From contig OZ219802.1 of NCBI GenBank assembly GCA_964291655.2, positions 1,248,001-1,312,000 of the forward strand: DNA of 64,000 nucleotides, read 5' to 3'. Source of the stretch: Chloroflexota bacterium (GTDB lineage Bacteria; Chloroflexota; UBA11872; VXOZ01). The notes beneath the pieces are model-generated. The model ran no database searches, was not told where the DNA came from, and saw only the letters and a program-made list of their open reading frames with translations. The position numbers and the translations under genes were made by a program. Shown here in pieces: positions 10,771-19,726 of the stretch (position 1 is the stretch's first letter; every line of letters starts with the position of its first letter).

Positions 10771-10975
10771 CGTCATTCTCTCCGTCATTCCGGCATTCTC
10801 TCCGTCATTCCGGCGAAAAGCCTGCCCCGTACTCGATACGGGGCCGGAATCCAGTCTTTGCCACGTGCTCCCTAATGGTGGAGCCGTTTAAAACCAACGC
10901 CAGCACCCTGTCTTCCCATCTCTTCGGCGCAAACCCTTCCTTCGTTCCGTCATTCCGGCGAAAGCCGGAATCCAG
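10771..10975. repeat. CGTC-type REP cluster
   Basis: Repeated CGTCATTC heads, with full palindromes at 10804 and 10949. Confidence 0.75.
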
Positions 10976-11020
10976 GGGGGGGGGAGGGAGGACGCCATTG
11001 CCAATGCGACACAAAGTCGC

Positions 11021-11569
11021 TTACAGCCTGCACTCCATCTCACGGGCGTTGTGGGAACTCCCCGGTATCAACCGTGTCATGGTAAAGCCCATCTTCGTGT
11101 AGACATGCTGCGCCCGCAGGTTGTCGCCATCCACAGTGAGTATGATACGCCTTTTGCCCAATTGACGTGCAACATCCTTCAGGTGCTGCATGATTGCTTG
11201 TCCAACCCCCATCTCCTGGTAGGCGTCGGCCACCGCAATGCCGAGAACCGGTCTGGTGGATTGCAGGTTCTCAAAGAATCCATACCCCGCCGGTTCGTCT
11301 TTTCCATCCTTCTTGGCAAGTACCAGGAATCTAATAAAATCCGGGTTTTCAGCCTGTGCCGCCAGGTCTTGCGCTACGGCATACGTCCATGGCGTATGGG
11401 GCCGAAACCAGGCGCGGGTCTGCTTGCCGAGCATCTGGAAAAACGTATAAAGCAAGTCGGCGTCCGTGGCGCGCAGACAATGAAAACGCACGACGCCAAG
11501 AGCGGGAAGGGTGGTGGAGGTTTCGAATGAAGGGTCGATCACAAGGTGACTCCAAGAGCGTCCATCCAC
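11021..11569 (-). CDS. GNAT-family N-acetyltransferase
   Basis: 'GIAVADAYQEMGVGQAIM' motif A and 'LTVDGDNLRAQHVYTKMGF'; start uncertain. Confidence 0.8.
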   Translation of the reverse strand: MDGRSWSHLVIDPSFETSTTLPALGVVRFHCLRATDADLLYTFFQMLGKQTRAWFRPHTPWTYAVAQDLAAQAENPDFIRFLVLAKKDGKDEPAGYGFFENLQSTRPVLGIAVADAYQEMGVGQAIMQHLKDVARQLGKRRIILTVDGDNLRAQHVYTKMGFTMTRLIPGSSHNAREMECRL

Positions 11570-11720
11570 GGCGATGCGGAGTGTCTTTGCGCTTCACTTA
11601 GACTTGGCGGCCCGGATATAGAAACTGGCTCGATTAGTTTTCAAGTGCTTTCACACCAAGTCCTCGCTATCGACACCCGCAAATTTGCCATTGGAGGTAC
11701 GAATAGAATGGCATCCCGCA

Positions 11721-12219
11721 GTCCGTCATTCCCGCGAAAGCGGGAATCCATCTTAATGGATTTCGTCGTACAAGTCCGTCCAATTTGGATTAGTCTTCTC
11801 AATCAACTCAATCTTCCACGCCCGGTTCCACTTCTTGAGCGCCTTTTCTCTGGCGATTGCGCTCTCCATAGTTTCATGTACCTCATACCACACTAATCTA
11901 TGAACTCCGTAATCTTTCGTGAACCCTTCTTCAAAGTCACTCTTATGCTGCCAGACCCGTTGGACAAGATTAAATGTCACGCCAATGTAGAGTGTGCCTT
12001 TGGGGTTGTTCGCGAGTAAGTAGACGGAAGGTGACTTCATCATGGAGGACTCTTAAAAAGTGCTTCCGCTAGATTCTACCGCAGACGTGTGAAACTCGGA
12101 TTGCCAATGCCTTGATTAACAGCGAATCGCCCAATCTTGTTCCGGTCTCGCGCCCCACCCAAAGACAAGATGGATTCCGCGCCCCCGCACGGGGGCGAAC
12201 TTTCGCGGGAATGACGGAC
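11721..12219. mobile_element. Candidate GIY-YIG cassette bounded by inverted REPs
   Basis: Perfect 20-bp inverted repeat GTCCGTCATTCCCGCGAAAG at 11721-11740 and 12200-12219. Confidence 0.5.
11753..12043 (-). CDS. Small GIY-YIG endonuclease (COG2827-like)
   Basis: 'VYLLA...LYIGVT...RVWQH...LVWYE...AIAREKALKKWNRAWKIELIE'. Confidence 0.92.
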   Translation of the reverse strand: MMKSPSVYLLANNPKGTLYIGVTFNLVQRVWQHKSDFEEGFTKDYGVHRLVWYEVHETMESAIAREKALKKWNRAWKIELIEKTNPNWTDLYDEIH

Positions 12220-12522
12220 GACGTGCCCCTCGTGTTTCCTACGCACATTCGCTCATTCGTACGCCTCTTTCAACATACAGATGACGGACAAGAGTGGCAC
12301 AAGGCAGAGACGCAGACAGAGCACACCACCACAATGTGTAGCGCGGGGGCTTGTCCCCCGCATCTTCTCCTACCTCGCCACGCAGTGCGCCCTAAAGAAT
12401 CACCATGCCGCTCACCCAGAATCATCTTCAGGGTGAACGGCATAGTATTCAGCTCTGCTCAATGTTGGCAGTAGTCTCGCCTACTTCTCGTGCGCGACTG
12501 CTGCACTGCGTACTCCTGCTGT

Positions 12523-13914
12523 CTAGAGCTGGTCGGCGTGCGCGTTGAGGACCTCTTGCACACGGTCAGCGTGCTCCCTGTTGGCCTCTTCGGGCGTGAT
12601 CTCCTTGGCATAGGCCCTGAACCAGATATCGATGTTGATGCCGATGATCTCATCGTTACCGGGGATAACCGGCACCCACTTCGCGAGCTCCAACTCTGCC
12701 AGGTAGGCCTCAGCCTCAGGCACCTGCTCCAGGTAGCCGCCGAATGAAGCTGACTGCAGCGCAGGGATGTAGTCACCGGCGCCAATTGACCAGCGCAGGT
12801 TCACGTCTTCACCCAGGAAGAACTCGATGAGGGAGAAGCCCCCTTCGGCATTGGCAGCGCCCTGTGGCTGTGCCAGCGCCCAGCCGCCCTGGTAGTTGGT
12901 TGCCACGCCATCCGGCGGCAGCGGCATGGGCGCCGATTTGAAGTTGATCGCCGATTCCCACGCCTTGCGATACGTGGCGGCATACCAGTGGCCGCCGATC
13001 ATCTGCGAGACACCGCCGGTGGTGAAGGCATCATTGCGGTCGGGCCGCTGCTGGCCCAAGAACTCGTCGATCCGCACGTTGCCGCCGCAAAGGTCGACCA
13101 TGTTGATCATGAACTTGAGCGCGGTCACGCCCATATCATTGTCAAAGTTGACCATCTTGTTGTCGGGTGTGAGGTATTCGCCGCCCTGCTGCCAGAAGTG
13201 GATGTACCACTGCAAGCCGACCGGTGGGTTGCCTGGAGGGCCGGTGGAATAGCCAAGTCGCTCGATCACGCCGTCCTGCCCCGCTTTGTGGAGCTTGAGC
13301 GTCGCCGATTCAAGCTCGTCCCAGGTGGTGGGTGGACTTTCCGGATCAAGGCCCACTTCGATAAAGTGGTCGGCGTTGAACATGTACGTGCGAGCATCGG
13401 TGTGCAGGCCTACGCCATAGATGTTGCCCTTCCACGTGCAGTCGTCCCGCAGCTTGGGCCATACGTCGTCCCAGCTAAACGCTGAGGTCGCCTTGATGTG
13501 GTCGTTCAGGTTCAAGAGGAATCCCGGCGCGGAGAGCTGGCCCGCCAAGTAGCGGTCCATGTAGAAGACATCCGGCGGGGCGCCGGCCGCCGCCGCGGTA
13601 ATGAGCTTCTCTTTGCTGCCGCTGCCGATGTGAGTCGGCGTGAGCGCCAGGTCGACGTCGGGATTCGCCTCCTGGAACTCGTTAAGGAGGTCGTTGCCAA
13701 TGTGGCCTTCCAGCAAGAAGTCCTGGTACGTCCAGAACTTCACTTCGGAGGGGCCCATCATCTCTTCGGCTTTGGCCTCGCCCATGTCATCATCGGCCGG
13801 AGCATCAGCCGCCGGGGCCATTGCGCCGCCTGTGGCGCAGGCGGCAAACAGGGCTGCGCCGCTAAACGCGCCCGCCGTGCCAATGAGCATTCTGCGTGTC
13901 AATCGGGTCTTCAT
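12523..13914 (-). CDS. ABC transporter extracellular solute-binding lipoprotein (sugar-binding family)
   Basis: Tat/lipobox signal 'LTRRMLI...FAAC', 'PPDVFYMD' and 'PPTTWDEL'; AGGAGG RBS before the ATG at 13914. Confidence 0.88.
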   Translation of the reverse strand: MKTRLTRRMLIGTAGAFSGAALFAACATGGAMAPAADAPADDDMGEAKAEEMMGPSEVKFWTYQDFLLEGHIGNDLLNEFQEANPDVDLALTPTHIGSGSKEKLITAAAAGAPPDVFYMDRYLAGQLSAPGFLLNLNDHIKATSAFSWDDVWPKLRDDCTWKGNIYGVGLHTDARTYMFNADHFIEVGLDPESPPTTWDELESATLKLHKAGQDGVIERLGYSTGPPGNPPVGLQWYIHFWQQGGEYLTPDNKMVNFDNDMGVTALKFMINMVDLCGGNVRIDEFLGQQRPDRNDAFTTGGVSQMIGGHWYAATYRKAWESAINFKSAPMPLPPDGVATNYQGGWALAQPQGAANAEGGFSLIEFFLGEDVNLRWSIGAGDYIPALQSASFGGYLEQVPEAEAYLAELELAKWVPVIPGNDEIIGINIDIWFRAYAKEITPEEANREHADRVQEVLNAHADQL

Positions 13915-14016
13915 CGGTCTCCTCCTGTGTATGAAACCGTAGTAGGAATACAATCACTGCACTGCCAATTCAGTGTATCAAACACCCTCACGTGTCATAC
14001 GTGCCTTGGCGCAGGT

Positions 14017-14045
14017 AGTATAGCACGTGCTAGGCCAATTGCCAA
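14017..14045 (-). promoter_or_regulatory. Sigma70-type promoter for the SBP gene, overlapping palindrome TAGCACGTGCTA
   Basis: TTGGCA-N17-TATACT on the minus strand. Confidence 0.5.
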
Positions 14046-14244
14046 GACGTCATGGTGTACATAAGTCACAAAAATTGAAAGTCGCCAATGTCACCCCGAG
14101 CGCCGATAGGGGTCTAGGGTGCATCCTAGCGAACACTGCCCGTCAGGAATGGAATGACAGACTGCCCTGTTTCGCTTGAAGTGAGGTTCGGCCGTGTGAT
14201 TGCTTAGCGGTGAAACGACGGAGCGGCAAAACCGCTTGTGGTTC

Positions 14245-14272
14245 GTAGGGGCACGATATATCGTGCCCCTAC
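14245..14272. repeat. GTAG-type REP palindrome
   Basis: GTAGGGGCACGATATATCGTGCCCCTAC perfect palindrome; related GTAGCGCGGGGGCT..CCCCCGC at 12337, 49034 and 49159. Confidence 0.7.
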
Positions 14273-14356
14273 GAGTTTGCACTTGAGCTTCAGAGTGAGA
14301 GTGCGAATCCACTAGCAAGCGCAGAAAGGGCTACGCGCGCCCTGTAAGCCTGCGCT

Positions 14357-15871
14357 CTACAGCGGATCGGCAAACTCGCGCGTATCCTTGTCTGGGCCGT
14401 CGTAGTCGTCCAGGTAGTTCATCTCGCCGGTGAGCGGCCAATGGTAAGGCTCCGGCGGCCGCACGTGGCGGGTCCAACGCACCATGAGTTCCAGGTCGGC
14501 CGCTTTCTGCTCCAGGCGGCGGGCGATGCGGTCGGGATTCCAGTCCTTGTACACCTCTGAGAGCAGTTGTTCTTGGATGTGACGGTACTGCGGGTCTTCG
14601 GCCAGGTCTGTTGTCTCGAGGGGGTCGTCCTGCAGATTGAAGAGCTGCGTGGGCTCGCCCAGGTAGAAGTTCAGCTTCCAGGGACCCCGCCGCACCATGC
14701 GCTGGAAGCGACCGTGGGGGGCGTATTCCGCCAGGGCAAGATCCTTCCAGTCGGCGCTCTCGCCGCGCAGGACGGGCAGCAGCGAGTCGCCCCGCCCTTG
14801 CGGCAGCGGCGCCGCGCCGAGGGCGTCCAGCATGGTGGCGACCACGTCCACCGTGCTCGTCGCCTGCGCAAAACGCGTGCCCTCAGGCAGCTTGCCGGGC
14901 CAGGAGAATATGGCCGGCACGCGCAGCGACCCCTCATAGAAGGTCTGCTTGAACCAGAGACCGTGCTCGCCTACCTGGTCGCCGTGGTCGGAGGTGTAAA
15001 CGACTAGCGTGTCGTCCGCCAGACCGTTGGCCTCCAGAGCGTCGAGAATCTGTCCGATCATCGCGTCCATGCGGTCCACCAGCGCCCAGTAGGCCGTGCG
15101 GGAGCGCATGATCTCGTCATCGGTAGCTTTGTCCAGCCCGCATTGCTCGCGCCACCAGCCGATGTAAGGATGCGGATCGCTGGGCGGATTGGGATGGGTC
15201 GGCGGCGGCACCTTGCCCCAGTAGCGGTCGTAGTCCTGCTTGCGCGCCACGTAGGGCTGGTGCGGCAGCAGGTAGCCTACGGTTAGGCAGAATGGCTCAT
15301 CGAGCACGCCGGCGCGCCTTTGCCAGCCAAGGCGGTTGAGCACGTCCACCGTCGCAGCGGTGGTATCCTCGTCGATCACCTCGTAGCCGCTCTGGCCGGC
15401 GCCGGAGCGTTCCAGCGCCACGTGGTAGGGGCCGGCGGTGCCGCCACCCAGCATACCCAAGTCAATCCCCGTACCACCAGGATAGTTGGGCGTGGCGTCA
15501 CCGCCGAGCCGTTCGGCAAAACCGTGGTGCTGGTCCGCGCCCACGAAGTGCATGCGCCCGATGAGCGTAGGTCGATACCCCACGGCCCCAAGCGCATGAG
15601 CGAACGTGGGAATGCCGTGATCGAGAATGTGCCGGTTGTCCCAGGTCTCGATGTCGGTGGGGTACTGCCCGGTCATGTACGACATGCGCGCGGGCACGCA
15701 AAGCGGGGCGGTGCAATAGAGACTGTCCAATACCACGCCGCGCTCGGCCAGGCGGTCCAGATGCGGCGTCTGCACCACCGGATCCCCATAGCAGCCCGTC
15801 ACCATGGGATTGTGTTGATCGGAGATGATGAAGAGCAAATTGGGACGTTGGGCGGACGCTTCCGGTGGCAT
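14357..15871 (-). CDS. Sulfatase (choline-sulfatase-like)
   Basis: 'PNLLFIISDQH', CxPxR motif 'CVPAR' and 'YTSDHGDQVGEHGLWFK'. Confidence 0.9.
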   Translation of the reverse strand: MPPEASAQRPNLLFIISDQHNPMVTGCYGDPVVQTPHLDRLAERGVVLDSLYCTAPLCVPARMSYMTGQYPTDIETWDNRHILDHGIPTFAHALGAVGYRPTLIGRMHFVGADQHHGFAERLGGDATPNYPGGTGIDLGMLGGGTAGPYHVALERSGAGQSGYEVIDEDTTAATVDVLNRLGWQRRAGVLDEPFCLTVGYLLPHQPYVARKQDYDRYWGKVPPPTHPNPPSDPHPYIGWWREQCGLDKATDDEIMRSRTAYWALVDRMDAMIGQILDALEANGLADDTLVVYTSDHGDQVGEHGLWFKQTFYEGSLRVPAIFSWPGKLPEGTRFAQATSTVDVVATMLDALGAAPLPQGRGDSLLPVLRGESADWKDLALAEYAPHGRFQRMVRRGPWKLNFYLGEPTQLFNLQDDPLETTDLAEDPQYRHIQEQLLSEVYKDWNPDRIARRLEQKAADLELMVRWTRHVRPPEPYHWPLTGEMNYLDDYDGPDKDTREFADPL

Positions 15872-16122
15872 ATGCACTCTCCTTTGAGACTCATTAAATT
15901 GGGCGCTAGGACAGCCAGCGCACGTGCAAGCAAATCACGAGGCGCGCTTAGAGCCGCTAACTTGAGACGATGGTAGCACAGCACGCGCGGCGGGCGGCGA
16001 GGGCTCTGTAACAGGCCCTGCACCCACCCGCCGCGCACTTGCAGCCTTATTCGCGCATGCGAATGATCAGGGTATCGCGCATGCGGTTTTGCGTGGAATA
16101 CTCTGCGCTTACTTCCCCATCG

Positions 16123-16263
16123 GAGACCTTTACGAAACCTCTTTCCACTTGAGGGGGCAGGTTGGAATGAGAGTGACATGAATTGACATTATGCCGTCTT
16201 TAGTTGTAAAAGCGCATCTGGATTCCGGCTTTCGCCGGAATGACGGAGTTATGCAAAGGTCTC
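16123..16263. mobile_element. MITE family B (~140 bp, GAGACCTTTGC..AAC ends)
   Basis: Terminal inverted repeats; body similar to 18109-18247 (inverted) and 31272-31410. Confidence 0.7.
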
Positions 16264-16303
16264 CAGCGGAACCGTTTGGTCCCGGCAAGGTTGTCTTAGG
16301 CCG

Positions 16304-17668
16304 CTAGCCGCCCAGATTGCTCAGGAACGTATCCATGATGGTCTGGAGTTCCACCTCGGTATCCCGCAGGGTTTCCTCGATGGTCTTCTCGCCGCCGAGT
16401 GCCGTGGGCACCACTCGCAGCGTCGCCCCAAGCATTTCCGGCGCGCCGGGTGCGGGGATCACGAACCGCCGGTTTTCCATCATTTCAGCGGTGATCAGCA
16501 GGAAGGGGTCGTTCTGATGAAACTCCTCTTGGCGGGAAACGTCCGGCCGGATGGGGAGCGTGTTGAAGTTGTGCGACCAGCGGATGTTCACGTCACCGCT
16601 GCCGAAATGTTCAAGGAACTTCCAGGCGTTCTCCGGCTGTTCGCTCTGGGTCGTCAGAATCCAGGTATGGCAGCCGCCGTACGTCATGTGGCGGCCGTCA
16701 GGCGGCGTGGGCCAATGGGCAACGTGATACTGCAAATCCGGCACATCCCGCTTCATGATGCTGTGCAGCGTGCTCGGCCAGTAGAGATTGGCGACGTGGC
16801 CGTCGTAGAAGAGGAGATGCGGGCGGCTATCCGCGCGGAAATCTTCCAGCGCCTGCCAGCCGCCCTGCATCTCGTAGATCTTCTTGAGCCAACGCAGGCC
16901 CTCGATGCCCTCCGGTGTATTGATGGTTACCTTGCTTCCGTCATCGCTGAGCGTCTCGCCGCCCAACTGCCACATTGGTACCATCCAGATGCTGTTGATC
17001 TGCCAGAGCGGCGCGAACGCTACCTGTTCGGTGGTATCGCCGCTGATGCGGGTAAGCTTGGGGATGGCTTCCTCCAGCTCTTCCCAACTTGCCGGCGGGT
17101 TTTCCACGTCCAGACCGTTTTCCAGATAGATGGTGTCGTTCATGTAGACCGGGCGGACGTCCGGGCCGAACGGCATGCCCTGGATTTGCCCCTGCCACGT
17201 GAGGTCGCGCTGCAGCGAAGGCCAAATGTCCTCCCGGCGCACGATGCTCGAGGCGGCCATGAAAGGACTGAGCGGTTGCCCGATCTCCAGGGCAGCAAGG
17301 GTCTGGGCCTGCCACGAGCCGGACTGGCCGATGTCCGGGCCGCTGCCGGCAGCCATTGCCGTCTGCAATTGGGTGACGCGATTGCCCTCGGGGATAGTGG
17401 AGTCTACAGTCAGTCCGGGGTTCTGTTCCTCGAACTCCGCCACAACTTCCGCCCCCAAACCCTCGCTGAGCGTCCAGAAGGGTACGGTGAAGATCGTGAT
17501 CGCGTACGGCTCAGGCGCGGGCGCTTCCGTGGGAGCCGGCTCCGCCGCGGGTTTCTCTTCCATGGTCTCCGCCGGCATCACGGCGGTCCCACAGGCTGCG
17601 AGGAGGCTGACCGCCCCGGTGAGCACAGCACTCTTCAGCACTGCTCTTCGACTGGCTTTGCCGTTCAT
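16304..17668 (-). CDS. ABC transporter extracellular solute-binding lipoprotein
   Basis: Tat/lipobox 'SRRAVLK...LAAC', 'GSGPDI' and 'PPASWEEL'; GAGGAG RBS. Confidence 0.88.
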   Translation of the reverse strand: MNGKASRRAVLKSAVLTGAVSLLAACGTAVMPAETMEEKPAAEPAPTEAPAPEPYAITIFTVPFWTLSEGLGAEVVAEFEEQNPGLTVDSTIPEGNRVTQLQTAMAAGSGPDIGQSGSWQAQTLAALEIGQPLSPFMAASSIVRREDIWPSLQRDLTWQGQIQGMPFGPDVRPVYMNDTIYLENGLDVENPPASWEELEEAIPKLTRISGDTTEQVAFAPLWQINSIWMVPMWQLGGETLSDDGSKVTINTPEGIEGLRWLKKIYEMQGGWQALEDFRADSRPHLLFYDGHVANLYWPSTLHSIMKRDVPDLQYHVAHWPTPPDGRHMTYGGCHTWILTTQSEQPENAWKFLEHFGSGDVNIRWSHNFNTLPIRPDVSRQEEFHQNDPFLLITAEMMENRRFVIPAPGAPEMLGATLRVVPTALGGEKTIEETLRDTEVELQTIMDTFLSNLGG

Positions 17669-18108
17669 CGTAATCTCCTCTTGTGCTTCTTCGCGGCGAC
17701 ATTCCTGACGCCGGATACTCACGCCGTCTTCCAATATATGAGGAATAGCACTTCCTGCGCGTTGATCCAATAAAATTCGTAAGGCCGATTACCTGTAGAC
17801 TTCCCTCCTCTCTTTGTGAAGCGCTCTTGTCAAGGCTACAACGCCGGAGCGCCGCGCGCAAGACGCTTACCCTTGATCCCAAGCACTTTTCGAATTTGTC
17901 ACTTTGTCGTAAGAGGGACGACGAGGGCCCCCTTTTTTACTTGATGGAGACTTTTCATCATTACCCTCATTTCGTCGAATGCCGGAATCCAAAGAGTGCG
18001 TAGGCAGTATGCAGTTACATCCGCTTCTCACCCCTATCCCGGCTTTCCCCCTTAACGATGCCTTTGCATGGCCCATGCCGCAGCGAGGAGGTCCCCTTTC
18101 CTTTGACG

Positions 18109-18247
18109 GAGACCTTTGCGTAACTCCGTCATTCCGGCTTTCGCCGGAATCCAGAGCGCCTTTACAACTAAAGATTGCATGATGTCGAGTCATTTCACTC
18201 CCATCCCAACCCTCCCCCTCAAAGGTGAACGGTTATGCAATAGTCTC
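18109..18247. mobile_element. MITE family B copy
   Basis: GAGACCTTTGCGTAAC...GTTATGCAATAGTCTC with an internal CGTC REP. Confidence 0.65.
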
Positions 18248-18414
18248 CTTGGCAGGAGAGCGATAGAGCCGGCCCCGTACTTGATGCGGCGGTGAGGGTG
18301 ATCCTCCTGCAAATGCTATATATGCATACCGGTCTATTCCTGTTACGTCTTGACCATGCACGTTACAAGGGACCATTGCGCCATGAAGACCCCTCACCCC
18401 GGCCCTCTCCCCAG

Positions 18415-18673
18415 AAGACCTTTGCATAACCCCACTTTCAAGCAGAGGCACTCCCTCTCCTGGGGGAGAGGGCCGGGGTGAGGGGGTCTTTTCGCTACGA
18501 TGGCCCTTTACGTTGGGCAGTGTCAAGACATAGCAGGGCTGAAACGGTGTGCATATGGAGAGATTTCAGGAGATTCTCCCTCACCCCCGTATCACGTACG
18601 GGGCAGGCTCTAGCCCTCTCCCGTCGAGGGAGAGGGAACTATTTCGCTACCGCTTGAGTTGCGCAAAGGTCTC
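18415..18673. mobile_element. MITE family B long variant inserted in a CCCTCTCCC/GGGAGAGGG REP
   Basis: AAGACCTTTGCATAAC...GTTGCGCAAAGGTCTC flanked by CCAG repeats; body similar to 52934-53232. Confidence 0.6.
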
Positions 18674-18996
18674 CCAGGGAGAGGGAGGATTTCTTGCGTC
18701 TCCGGCCGAAGTTTCGCAAGGGTTTTCTTAACAGGAAGAGGCTACATAGAACGGGAAGGGGCTACATAGAGGTTTCCGTAGGGAAAAGGGCGCCCTAGAC
18801 CGGTGGGTTTAGGCGCTCCATTGAGGCGCGGACAGGCCATGACACCTCGCTACCCGTAAACGCAGTTGCGTTTATCGCGAAGGCGAAAGCAAGGAGTGCG
18901 CTTCGCCTAGACTCTGCCGCCTCACACAACGAGTGACGCGAGTGCCCGGCTCGTCCCATCGGGCGGAGGATCGCGGGGACTCGCCTTGTTCCGCGC

Positions 18997-19554
18997 TTAG
19001 GGAAAGAGCCCACGTAGAATGACCCAGATACTGCTGTAAACTGCGCCCACCCAGAATATGCCGTTCAGAGTGGTGCCGATTACGACTAAGGAATACGCGC
19101 GCCTTCCCGTAATTCCCATGAGCCAGATGAGCGGCACGCCCGCCATGGTGGGGCCGGAGAACGTATAGACCAGAAGAACCATGAGATCGCGCCGTCTCTC
19201 AGACGCATAGACGAAGTTACGGATCCTCTGCAGACGTTCGGCTTTAGCGCGTATCCAGTCGGAGAAATCGAGCTCGAGCATGAGCAGGTAGAGGAGCGCG
19301 CCGTTGAGGACGATCATCACCAGAATGGTAGCGGAGGTGGCAACGAACGGATTGAATCGCAGTATCAAATAATTGGAGAAGAGCGTGACGATGATATCGA
19401 TGGACGGCCAGAGCACAAGCGTCACGAGCCGCCTCAGGTATTTCCTCACCGCGAGTCGATTGACTTTGCGCGGCGAGACGCGGTTGATAGCTGTCGCCAG
19501 GCGATCGGCGGATTCCTGGCGATTGGGTGGCGGCTCTACTGTTGTAGCTGCCAT
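18997..19554 (-). CDS. Hypothetical membrane protein
   Basis: 185 aa with about four hydrophobic segments. Confidence 0.65.
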   Translation of the reverse strand: MAATTVEPPPNRQESADRLATAINRVSPRKVNRLAVRKYLRRLVTLVLWPSIDIIVTLFSNYLILRFNPFVATSATILVMIVLNGALLYLLMLELDFSDWIRAKAERLQRIRNFVYASERRRDLMVLLVYTFSGPTMAGVPLIWLMGITGRRAYSLVVIGTTLNGIFWVGAVYSSIWVILRGLFP

Positions 19555-19726
19555 AACTTTCTTCCGTCCACTTGCTCAGTGACATATGCATGTGCAGGGT
19601 TGCAGCGGTGTCTTGAATCCAGTGTAATTCATATCTTTAATAAGTTCAAACAATCTAATGCAAGAATGTAATTCGTATCGCGTATACACGCACAATCACT
19701 ATATTCATTCTTAAGATCAATTTGCA

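Noticed and set aside
17867-18731. Short ORFs in repeat-rich gaps (also 10647..11102, 31052..31470, 52702..53379, 56833..57515)
   Set aside because: These are translations of REP/MITE sequence ('DSGFRRND', 'PSPRPSP'), not credible genes.
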